Origin: Phoronis australis
Lineage: Eukaryota; Animalia; Phoronida
Assembly (NCBI GenBank): GCA_002633005.1
Contig: NMRA01000013.1
Span: forward strand, 1,268,618-1,332,617
Length of the DNA: 64,000 bases
Direction of reading: 5' to 3'
This document shows positions 52,334 through 64,000 of the stretch, piece after piece. The notes under the pieces are model-generated. The model was not told the DNA's origin, ran no database searches, and was given only the letters and a program-made list of their open reading frames with translations. Each line of letters starts with the position of its first letter. The stretch's first letter is position 1. A program made the position numbers and the translations under genes.

Positions 52334-54408
52334 TCTTCAGAGCTTTTCATGACAAATAGGACATGTGTGATTTATACTAGAACCTTTAATAAAAACGGCG
52401 GAAATTTTCCACTTATTTCGTACCAAACTAATTGCCAAAATTGTCCGGCATTTTTTCATTTCTCTAAAACTGACTTCTTTAATGCACATCGTGGAATCTT
52501 TACCAAAATTTGTTTTATGAAATCTGCGCAGTTCAAATCCTGCTATAGACTAAATATATTCATGTGGCGAAATTTGACTTCCTAGAAAGTCACTCGTAGT
52601 GTGGGCTAGTGAAGAATCTGGGTATTATTTCGACATGCGTGTATTCATCGAACCAACGCCTCGCTGTTTTTCAAGAAGTAGACTTGCTTTGCCTAAACCA
52701 TTTATAATAATCTTAGTTGAAAGATTTAGGAATAGTGAATTAGAAAACCAATTTTCCGCATGAATCGTGTTTTGCTATCTATTCCAGGAAAGCTTTATGA
52801 AACTGCACTTATTTTGCCTAGCAGTAGTAAGAAAGGTGCGCGGGAATATTTGATATATTATCTGTAATTCGCACTGAACATTGTTCTGTAGAATAGTAAT
52901 TCTTATTTGACTTGTAGGCCTACCGAAAGGGGGCGCTGAATAACGCAAGCTAAACCAATAAAGCTTTAATTCATTCCTTCTTGTTTCTTACTAATGCTTC
53001 GTGCACCAGTCACCACAAGTTTTCCAAACTATTCATTAACCGGCCTTTGTGAACAGTATAACACCCTAAGATCAGCAATAGCACAATTCGGTCCTGGTAC
53101 ATCTTATGGAATTGGTGCTGTGATCCCGTATGATCGTCGTCATTTTAAAAGACTCCACTTGAGGGAATCTGATGCCAGCAGAAATGGGTTGGTAGTTCTT
53201 GCCTTTTTTACCAAGCGCCACCTGATGTCTGGCCCAGACCAGAACCAACTGCGCCATCTTTTGACCTAATAACGTAAAATACTAATATATAAACACTGTG
53301 TCACCCAAAAGAAGTTTCCCTGCGAGAAATAAGTTGTCCAGTAAGTAGGAGTTCCCTGAAGCACTACAGTTCAACTGTAGTGCTTAGTAAAGCAGCAATA
53401 TACCTGCAGGGTACGGCCACTTACCCCTAAAAAAGTAGTCCCTAAAAGTAGTCTCAAGTTGTTCTTTATTAAGATGAGAAGTCAGTGACCTTTTATTGGT
53501 GGCCCAATTACTACACATCAGGACAAGTCAATTTTAGCGCCTGGGGAGGTTCTCTCTGAAATGGGCTGGGGTGTGCGCTGAGACGTCAAAACCAAGACCA
53601 ATGCAATACCGTGGCAGACGACAAAAATGTCCACCCGAGACAATACCTGAGGGGACCAAAATACCCACCTGAGTTGGTGGCACATCCCTCCTTCCCCCGT
53701 CTATGAGAGAGGTCTCAAGCACTTGGAATTTTTACGAAATCACACATTTGGATTAATGGGTGTGCTCCAACAATGGTTGCACCCATTATATGCTACAGTG
53801 GAGTTGAGAAGGATTGACCTGGTCCATAGCCAGGTAATCATTGAAGACATGCTTTAGTAATTTACAGCCCTACTAATTTGTCTTACCCCGTAATTATTAA
53901 TACAATTTTTAATTTTGACATTTTAATATCATTTGACTGGGTCCAAAACATCAAAACGAGGCCATATTGAATGAGCGAGTACCAAAACAACTTAAGGGTG
54001 CACTATGATTAGGCCAATACAGGCTAGGGCAATAATTACTCACAGGAGTCATGGATTTACAGAACCAGTTTGATGTCTATTGGTTCTCAAAATGTGGGAC
54101 CCCTGAGAGTGACTAATATCGGTTTAAGGTGCGAACAATCATAACCATAACAAAAAACAAAAAATATCTCAAAACTTGTATTCACCAGGCTTAGATATGA
54201 CACTTCAGTCACCAATTTATACTATCCAATCTAGGGTATAATACTTTTAAAATAACCGTAGTGCAGAGAGCACGACGAATCAGGCAGCCTGCCGTAGAGC
54301 AACAATTTTTATTAACAATTTGACGCAAAACTGAATGCCCTCTGACATCAAGTGTAATGTACACAGAGGCAATTTACTGACATATACAGTCACGTGTATA
54401 TGTCATGT

Positions 54409-57400
54409 TCAATCCCAGTCGTCATCGGCATCATCCCCGTGTGACTCAGATGGTTTTGGCGGAGGCGGGATCATGGCTGAAATTTTGTCCATGGTGGAGC
54501 CACCGCCTGTATTTGCCTCCGAAGAGTTCGCGGACTCTTGATTATTTGACGAGTCTTTCTTGGTGCCAGAAATACCTGAAAGAAATGACTAATGTTAGAA
54601 ACTCCTATAATAAGTGAAAGAACTCCCCTACAATGGAAACAACAGTTTGATCAAGCACGGCTATGTCTCATTGAATTCTTTATTACGTAAATGTTGCCAT
54701 GAACCCGAGTTCCGTCAAAGCAATTAATCAATCAAACCTAATTTCAATTACAAACATTTTCAGGTCTCCTCGCCACCTGTTGATCACAGCACGTGACATA
54801 ATGAACATAAGTCAAAAGATTTCTACCCGCGACCTGGACTCGCCGGTTCAACATTTACAAATTTATCTCCTCTAAATCATAAAACAGGTCTTGTCTTGTT
54901 CCCTTACTCAGATCATCAGTGATTTCTGGCCTTGTAAAGACCTGACAGTGCACTAATGCTCCGGACTGTGCTCACCAGATAAAGTGATGCTCCGGACTGT
55001 GCTCACCAGATAAAGTGATGCTCCGGACTGTGCTCACCAGATAAAGTGACACGCTGTGACGAGTCAACTTGCTAAGACTGTTATCAAGTGGTAATGAACT
55101 GTTACCTCTATCTGAGTGTAGAAATAGTTTCTAATTTGACTAAGTAATAGTATGGCTGTCACGGATTACATGGCAATAGAACTGTCCTTTGTCCCGGAGA
55201 TTAAAAAGCAAGTGACCTCGGTTTGCAAATCAGGCACTTTTTCGTGTCTCTTGATGTCGGGAAGGTGAAGAATTTCACATCACGCAGCCACGGGTATTTG
55301 CAAAACTTATCAAACATTCTCACGTCAGAGTTGCAACCCACAACACAGCAGTAATACTTCGTTGGCATTGGAAGGATGAACAGAATAATGCAACCGAGAC
55401 AAACTGATAAAGAATAAAACAACAACAAATAACATGTGAAACTCCAGTGGCAAGAAAACAAGGAAGTAACTGTACCTGATGGATGTTTACGGCATTGTGG
55501 GTAAATACAGCGAAACTCGAGTGTGCTGTGTAATCCATGACAGCTCTATTAGAGACCAGTTTTATTGTTTTATTTATTTATTTATTATTGTGATATTTAA
55601 AATGAGGGTGGCCTCTTCAGTGATAGCACTGCTTTCCAAGAGGGCCCTCAACAAGAAAAACAGTAATATAATACAATGAAGTAATAAAACAATTGTTGTG
55701 GCATGTGATCTAAATCACAACTACAAATTTATGCTCAGGATCTTCACTTAAAAAAACAAAAATCAGGGAGTGGGCATGACGTCGAGCATGGATGTAAAAA
55801 TTCGCTACATAAAAATGGGATACACAAGAATTGGAGACCAAAATGCGAATGCACAATTGTTGGTGCATTTTAAGTGGGTTTGAAATTTGACCTTAGCACC
55901 TGTGACAGAACTTCTGAATTCAGCCCATAAAACCAGCACTCCTCATACCTGCTCTGCGTCTGCTAAGTTGTGCGAACAGATCGCTCATAAGATCCCCGCC
56001 ACCAGAACTCTTGCTCGCTTTCTCTTCCTCCTTTTTCTTCTTCTGAGCAATCTTACGGTCTTTGGCACTCTTCAGTTTAGCTTTTCCAGCACCGCCGGCA
56101 TTGCGGATAGCACTTAGTAGGCTGGCACGGCCATCTCCTGGCTCAGCCACCTAGTGATGAATTCCGAGAAATCATTATTATTGTTTTTAGCTACAACCCA
56201 GAATAAAAAAGATGGTTTTGATATCAAAGCTGCATTTTGTCGCTGTTTAGCTGTAAATGTCGAATTCTTAACTGAAGCATTTTGGAATTTAAGCACATTA
56301 CCACACTCATCCGATCTTGAATGGGATTTCAACAAAAAACAATAGGCTTCGAGCCATTTACACATGTTGCGTGTAAATTTCGCGTCGATCCGATAAGAAC
56401 TGCAATCTGTAGCATGCCAACAAGAAACAAACGAAAAAAACAAACAAATTTTATGACAAAGTAACATATTAAGTGCACCACACAATAGCTCTAGAGGTTG
56501 TGATATTGAACAAGTGAATGAAACCCACATGTCTCGTACACACCTTTCTTTGCAATTATTCAAAACATACAGGTGAACAGGATGACTGTGGTTATTTTAA
56601 GCAAAAACAGGGGCAGACCACTCACTATGATCAAACAGGTCTTAAACTTGTAGCTTACTCAGATGTGAATCGATTTCTTGGTTTAGAAAGAGACCATGAC
56701 CCGCGCATAAAATGTCCTGCTGAAACAGTAAGCTAACTTACTGAGAGTGATCTCAAACGATAACACAGTGTCTTTTTTAGTAGAATATCACCAATTTGGG
56801 ACACACCAAGGTCGACACGTGAAACTTCATTTTTTCTTTTTTCATAAAATTATTATTTTTAAATGTATATATGATAACTACTACCTGACAATAACTCTTA
56901 TAAATTGTGGGCATTCCCAACAGTCACAAGTTTTGGAAAACTTAAAAAATACCAACTTTGGCAATCATTTTTTACTGAAATTGGTGAGATTTTGTGGTAG
57001 TTTGTCCGTAAGGAAGACATTTTCTAAAGGCGAGCAGCCTAAATCAAAGTATTTTCGGTGAACGGCAGGTACATAGCAGTTTTAAAACAAAATTCCCACG
57101 ATTAAAATTATTTCAGTGTTTTCAATCTTCATCCCTCGGGCATTCTCATTAACAGCGATCTCATTCCCTTAAATGCAATTCTTATCTAATGAAGCGAGTA
57201 GTACTTTCCTTATTAATCTCTTTGATCAGATCATAATTGCAATATTCCTCGTCCATAAGCCGAGTTCCTTTCTCATGTAGGCTACCCATGACAATAATCA
57301 CAGTATACATACATACAGCCAAAATGTCAGTTCCTCTACATAAAATAGAAGGCATTCTCAGATGACTTCAATTCATGCTAATAATCTATCAACAATGAGT

Positions 57401-60400
57401 CATATACAACATGTATTTGATTGTCTTACCTCGAATTTTAAAATATGAGATTTGGACTTGTTACATGAATGTGATTACGCCCAGTACTACATATCCTCTC
57501 CACCATTGTGAAGACTCCAGACAAATTTCCCATGCTGGAGAAACCCAGTGCCAACTTCCAACACTCTATACGCGTTTTAAAAAGACTCGTAGAAATTCCA
57601 AGAATATCTGTACATATTTAGTATACAGTTTTGTTCATGAATAAACCATGGAGTGATTCGAGCAGAAATCACAGAAGTCCCAAGAAATGGTAATTGTTTG
57701 GGAGAAAAGAATAATGTTCATGAGAAACAAAATGCAGTCAATGAAAAAAAAAATGAGTTAAGAAGAACTGAATTGCCGCTAATTAGAAAAGAACCATAGT
57801 TTGTAAGAACAGAATTGTGTTAATGAGTAAAAGGAGGGTGTTAATGAGAATGCCATGTGGACCGTGAGGGAGGAAAGTTGGCAGCTCTGCACAAGCTGTG
57901 TTTACTAATCAGACCTTTTGAACATTTTATAGCATATGTGAACCAGCGTTACCCCCGACATGTGAACTTATCACCATAAAGTTCGTCTGAACTTGATCCT
58001 TATTCAAGATGAGCTTCTTGTGTTAACAAAGAACTGACAGTTTGTCATTCCTTAAGATCATAATTGACGGATAAGATGACACGCTGTGACACGTCAACTG
58101 TAGAGTCTGAACACGAGCAATAACGAATTGTCAGCTTTTTTTGAAACCTTGAAATCGCCTTAAACCACTAAGGAACAATTTCCGACCAATTTCATAACGG
58201 AAAGTGGTCTAAATCAAAATTTGGTTTTGTGATGGGAGACGGGTTTAGTGCTTCTTGAATTAATTTTTCTTGTTTGAGGAAAATGTCAGACAACAGAAGA
58301 GGTCTTGGTGTTACAAATGACTGAAACTTTTGTATGCAAGACAGTTCACCTCTACGGGTCTGGTTGATTTGAATCAAATAACAGAAGCCTACAGTTTTCA
58401 AGTATTTACATAAGACTGACCTCTTTTGGTACATCTTTTGGGGGAGTGGATGATCCATCTGTAGAGGGTGGAGCCTGTGGAGGTGGGGGAGGAGCTACAG
58501 GAGGAGGTGGTGGTGGTGGAGGTGGAGCTCCAGTGGGTGGAGGTGGGCCTGGTGGAGGAGGTGGTCCAGGAGGTGGGGGAGGGGGAGGAGCTGATGTAGG
58601 GGGAGGAGGGGGCGGGCCAGCATCAAGACCTCCCGCAGAGGTTGGACCAGCAGGGAGGGTTTCTTCAGCGAGGGCTGGCAGGTCAGGCATGTTGAGGACA
58701 GACGGTGCGATAGACTGGCCGGAGTCACCACCAAATGTCAGGTCATCAGCCACACCTACAACAAGAGCAACGCAGAGCATTGAAATGCGCCCACGAATGC
58801 AACGCAAATGCAGTGCTTCTAGGGTTGTTTATTTGTATCATAAAAATGAACATTAGATGACACAAAAACGTAAAATCCATCTGAAAACAAGAACATGTTA
58901 TCACTTCTTTAATAGAAAGCTTTTTTACCAAATTCATAAAAATCTGTCAAGGAACTTCACAGAAAACAGAAAAAATGAATTGCCACTAGGGGGCACAGCG
59001 TTCGTTGGATCCGCCTAAAAGTCGTCATCATTGTTAGCTTCATATAAATATAAGCCCATGCCGTCCCATCCATGAAAGGAACACACATACAAAATTTCAT
59101 GAACTTACATCAAAGGGTTTTGGAGATAGAGCACCGGACGCTGGACGGACGCCAGATGGATGCCGGACAGACGCCAGAGGAATGTCGGACCGTATAATGC
59201 ATCCACATATAAATATGTGGGCCCATAAAAAGAGTTTTTATTCTTTTCACAGTTGAGACATAGGGTGTGAAAAGTACTTTCCAAGTAAGCCCTCATTATT
59301 TTCAATTAAAAAGAGACTGCGTATGCTTGTCCTGGGATCACAACTAGTGTCACTACTGTGTTGGCACACAAACAGGTTTCAATGGGGGATTAACATCTTT
59401 TGTCTTCCAAGTTGGTATTCTGTCCGGAATCGATCTCATAGAAGCTACAATTGGCATGTTAAACTGTCTCATACAAAGTTGGACTGTAGCTAGCTCCATC
59501 AAACAAACCTTCCATAAAACATATGACCTGATCACCAGAGGGCAGTAGGCCACAACCATTTGAACTGCCTTACCAGCCAAGTCAGGCAGTGCGACGGGCA
59601 CATCAATAGCTGGCACTTCGCCAATTTCAGGTCGGAAAGTGTAATCATCGACCGTTGGTTTCTGCATGCCCTCTTTGGTAATGAGGGTGCTTGGCGCATC
59701 AGCTAACCCCTCTTCTTCTTCAATAGTGGTGCGTGTCTTTATTGTTACACCCAACGGGTCAAGCATGACATACTTTTTATACCTAGAAGTCAGGAAGAGA
59801 GTACGCAGATATGCATAGTTAAAGTTTAATCTCACAAGCAAATTTTTTATTTCCAACTTTTGAAACTTGAAGCAAAACCAAACGTTAAGAGATTTTTAGA
59901 CATTGGTTAAAACACAGCAAATTCAAACAAAATAAAGGCAAGCAACTAAAAACAATATACCACTGCCGACTCAATTTTCAAAAAAGCAGAGGCCAGAACA
60001 GCCTATGGTTATTTGATCCAATCAACGATTTCAAGAGATTAAATTTGTAGAGGCTTTTTTTGGCTCATAAATGGTCTGGGTATTCTAGGAAGCAACGGAA
60101 ACAAAGCTCTACTTCGCTTGGGGAAAATTTGAGACTCATCAGTTGCAAAGGTTAGCAGCTTTGATTTGACCTTGGTTTTTGGACAGCTGAACCTTGAGAA
60201 ATGCTCTTTTATAAAAAACTCTGTACTCAAGGTGGGTAGGAAGCCTGTGTTGAGGCGGAAATAAAACTACATAGACTTAAATCCGCCACTAATTTTTTTA
60301 GGACAAAAAAAATGTCAAAAACGGTGTGTCATGAACAAAAGTATGGCTCTGTAAGATCATTCAAAACAAGACTTCCAATATTTAAGTTTCTTAAGCATTA

Positions 60401-61051
60401 TAAATGGAAACACTTTGTAGCTATCATTCCGGGAACAAATTGCCCATAAAAGTTCTAACTGAAACACAAATTCATCTATGAACAGTTCTATTTAATTCCC
60501 AATCGCTGCTGAAGGACTCACGGATTTTCAGACGTGTTGAAGAGCAGAAGTGAACTGATTGAGTCGATATTCCTAGGCAGAGGACCCAGCCCCTCGCTAC
60601 TTCTCTCATCCCTCGATTTGTTCTTCTTCCCTTTCAACATGACATTGTAAAACTGCAGCTTCTCTCGCAGTGCTCGATCATCCATGACCTCATGTTTTGC
60701 TTGCACGTGGTAATGATTATGCCTGATGTCGACGAGCGCTTCCTGTGCGTCAGAATACACTGTCTTGTACTCATCGTAGTCCTGCGCCGACGGATACTTG
60801 GCGCTAGAGAACACCTTTGTAGCCTTATTGCTCCCTTTTAAGGCATCGACCTTTGCCTGAGCGGTGCCAATGCGGTCATTGATTGACGCCAGCTTTTGGC
60901 GGTTAGTGGACACCTGCTGGGAAATCCTCTTGAAGATGTCGTTGGCGACTTTGTCAAGGTAATCGAGCGAGTCGACGATCTGTTTGATAGTCTCCTCGCG
61001 TCGGAGATCCGAAGCTACGACAGGGATATTATACACTTTGTTAGTCTTCAT
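54409..61051 (-). CDS. WASHC1: WASH complex subunit 1 (WASH1), 5 coding exons
   Basis: Exons 61051-60522 (WHD/WAHD: DLRREETIKQIVDSL..SLLLFNTSENP), 59782-59574 (YKKYVMLDPL..VPVALPDL), 58755-58421 (GVADDL + poly-Pro), 56150-55949 (WH2/central: GRASLLSAIRNAGG..GGDLMSDL) and 54575-54409 (GISG..IPPP..DDADDDWD stop). Phases are consistent; AATAAA on minus near 54310. Confidence 0.95.
54957..55049. repeat. 31-bp tandem repeat, 3 copies
   Basis: tgctccggactgtgctcaccagataaagtga x3. Confidence 0.92.
55146..55550 (-). mobile_element. Short non-autonomous element with THAP N-terminus in the last WASH1 intron
   Basis: Inverted gctgtcacggattaca / tgtaatccatgacagc with aatag..ctatt ends. Encodes MPTKYYCCVVGCNSDVRMFDKFCKYPWLRDVKFFTFP (THAP-like start). 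Confidence 0.7.
55560..55652 (-). mobile_element. Probable 3' terminus of a CR1/L2-type LINE (stem-loop + (TAAA)n tail)
   Basis: Minus strand gagggccctcttggaaagcagtgctatcactgaagaggccaccctc forms a hairpin, followed by aataataaataaataaataaaa. Confidence 0.45.
57139..57854. repeat. Inverted-repeat-bounded segment in a WASH1 intron
   Basis: Perfect 16-bp inverted match ggcattctcattaaca / tgttaatgagaatgcc, with weaker inner pairing. Confidence 0.5.
58886..59230. mobile_element. Helentron/HINE-like non-autonomous element
   Basis: aacaag start, core with aaaatttcatgaa..gagata, (GGAC)-like microsatellite, short hairpin ccacatataaatatgtgg, then ataaaaa. This layout resembles invertebrate Helentron-associated elements. 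Confidence 0.45.
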
Positions 61052-64000
61052 TCTGTCACTGAAATGCATGGTAAAATTTCTTCAATTTAGAACACAATAT
61101 GGCAGAACAAAATGTTCAACAAAAGTAAATAGGAAGAAAATTTTACTTCATCATTTCCAGAGTTTACATTCCAAAACTGCCATCAACAAATGGGCAAACA
61201 ATGACATTCAAGCAATAAATAGGTTTTGAAAATAGGATAAGTTACGATTTTGGCAATTACTTTTATTCAAATCTTAGGAAACTATCCTAATGTAAGTTGG
61301 AAGCAAATTAAGCTAGACAGAATGGCAACTATTTTCAAAGCGTTTGGCCTACTTAAGAACTGCTTTATACCACAGTGTCAACATGAAAAAACAGACAAGT
61401 AGCGTGAGATAACCCAAAGAGAACATCTAACGGGTGCTAGAAAACAAGTTCGGTGAAAAATGTGAAGGGCATGCACTGACGTTCCATACAAGATGGTCAT
61501 GTGATGGTCATGTGACGGTTTGACTCACTACACTGCATAGGGATGACTGGCGTATAGGATAACGAAGTCGAATGTTTTCATTTTCATTTTGTGGGTTTGA
61601 TGGAGTTGATTGCACAACATCTGAGATAAATATTATCACATGATCTGGGACATTATTTCCCTTATCCAGATTCCGGGCCATTATTATTTCCCTTATCCAG
61701 ATTCCTCATCAGATTTGTAAGAATTAGCAACCAAAATGGCATGCCGGCACATTCTTTTTAAGTCAATACAACATTTTTATTATAAGGCAGATGCATGTTG
61801 GGAGATGACGTTTCCACATTCTACCACCTGTTGTTTAAACAGGCAATATAAACAGAGACCAAAGGAAACCAGAAACAATAAAAATTTAATTCTCATTTAT
61901 TTGACTGCAACATTTGATTCAGTTAACTTTCAGTTTATGGGTCAACTTCCCACACAGTTTGAACAACACAAGTTAATTTGCATTAAATTTGTTTTTCACA
62001 TTGATGGCACTAAACTTTGCTTGTAACCCATTAACAGAAATAAACCTCTGGTCAAAGAACTCTTACCACGAAGAGACCATCCCAAACTGGATAACTTCTA
62101 CCATTGTGCCGAAAGCGTCTAGTTCATTTATAAGTCAGGAATAACAAATCTTAATAACAATCATAATACTTATAATATTAGAAAGTTTGACTACACACAG
62201 TCCACTGGTCTACTTTGTGATAACTGATGAATCATCATGATCATGTGTCCATCCACTGGCTTATGATAAATGCCATGAGTTCTAAAAGTAGATTTTGTAC
62301 TCTACTCTCAGCTACGATTAGAGAAGATTGTAACACATGGCTTCATAAGCAGCGTCGAGTATTTAATTCCAGGTTTACAATTTCAAACCAATGAATCAAG
62401 GATGATTGACATTATTTCCAATCACTATTTGTCAAGTATTTATGTAAGAGAGGAACTTTTGCAGCTATACTGCATTGGGAAAGATCTTTCACAGCCGATC
62501 GCAGAAGCTAGCAATTGGCGAGTCCGTTAAACAGTGGCGAGACACGAAACATCCCATGACCTATCGAAAAATGTTTCCAGTGCAGTTGATAGATGTTTAA
62601 GTTTTTTTATATAACATTTTAAAGTGAGAGAATTTGAGAAACGTAGACTTCAGACCACAGGTAATCTCATGAGCCACATGACACGTTATAACGTCAAGTC
62701 GAGCAGCTGATTAGCGTGCCTTTGTTCAGACTGAATGAAGGTCACAAAGTGACATTAAAAAATTATAGCTCCACTCGCTGCTGTAGAGAATCTTCAGTGA
62801 GTGCAGCAATGTAAAGGCTTCTTAATCACTCGCTTATAGGCAGTTGCTCTTAGGACGACTGATAAAGATGCCTGGCTTTGAAGTGAGAGGTCTCAGGCTC
62901 AAGGCCTGGTGACTACAAGGTGACTTTACACTATGCTAGCACCCAACAACAGCATGTATTCATGACCGCAGAGAGGACCACACAGTCTGCTGTGTTTGAA
63001 GGGAAGCTCACATATGGAAGGGTGGTCAAACCTGATAGTGGAATTACAGGCAGCTTGACCTCTCCCAGTGGTGACTTTCTGTTGTGTCGTGCTACAAAGA
63101 CTCTCTAAATGGCTTGCCAAGGGGCAACTGATGTAGTGGTTCTCGAAAAAAATAAATAACTATTTTTAGTATAAACAGAGTATATTTGACGCTGCAGTAA
63201 CAATTTTGTATGGTCAGGTGAACTGGGGTCATCTCCTCCGCTGACCTCTGTACCACAGTTCAACACAGTTCAACAACACTGGCACAAAGTCATGTTTCTT
63301 CTTTAGTTCATTTTTATTAGTTTCTTCATTTTAGAAAGCTGATATCTCACAGGCACTGCCAGAAATGCTTTTTAAATACTTGATTATTGATCTCATTGTA
63401 GCTTTTTGACACAATGTGGAGCACATCGCAAATCGAAAAAAAATGCCGCGTCGTCAATGTCGTAATAAAAGATAAGAAAATCAAATATTTGCTGCAATTA
63501 TTATTAGGCGTAACAAATCATGCAATTCTGCTAATTTACTTTGAATATTTTGTGTTTTTTTCACAGATGTTTTACAGACACCACAGCCAGGCGCCAAATC
63601 AATGAATTTCCTTTAAATTACTACATTGACTGACTGAAGCCTCAACATCCACTGCTTAGAAATTCACCTTGTCCCCACCAAATTTTTGATTGTCCTGGAA
63701 AAAATCGGACAGTCGCTAATGTCGAACTCTAAAACACTGAACAAAAATCAGGCCAGCATTATACAGCGCCAAATGTTGGTTATAAAAATGCATAATCCAC
63801 GACAGCACATGTGGTACTGGTTCGAGATTATCTAAACACATGTTACTGGATAGATCTCGATGAAACCATTATAACGATCAAGTAGATAAACACATACGTT
63901 TAATGTGCTACCGTGGTGCATTCGAACTTCACTGTCTCGCATCTAAAATACTGACATTGGTTGTTTTAATAGAGACAAATGCTCAAAATTTGTAAAATTT

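Noticed and set aside
52074-52352. 92-aa ORF from the track
   Set aside because: Wrong frame; the true lectin exon 3 is in another frame (52080-52333).
55600-55652. CUGAAGA + GAAA suggesting a hammerhead ribozyme
   Set aside because: Motif order and stems do not make a three-way junction; it fits a LINE 3' stem-loop better.
58446-58856. Gly-rich ORF on the plus strand
   Set aside because: Antisense shadow of the WASH1 poly-proline exon.

Overview
AT-rich, intron-containing animal genomic DNA; the gene and repeat content suggests a marine invertebrate, probably a lophotrochozoan such as a mollusc (inference). It holds a multi-exon GRAMD4-like gene (minus strand, 13 coding exons traced from 23114 to 1087, continuing leftwards, probably beyond the window). 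Its introns carry a decayed Hero-like RLE non-LTR retrotransposon and THAP-bearing non-autonomous DNA transposons. The window also has a 3-exon secreted C-type lectin gene (48776-52333, +) and a complete 5-coding-exon WASH1 gene (54409-61051, -). The main find is missed by the ORF track: a ~5-6 kb direct segmental duplication (~31.7-36.7 kb and ~42.4-48.2 kb). Each copy encodes a spliced, secreted, cationic 6-Cys peptide (signal peptide, acidic pro-piece, KR site, C-x4-C-x3-C-x11-C-x4-C-x-C), the CS-alpha-beta defensin/scorpion K+-toxin-type framework. The two mature peptides differ at 16/40 residues versus 2/29 in the leader, and one copy has lost a micro-exon. All calls come from manual reading; no database search was run.
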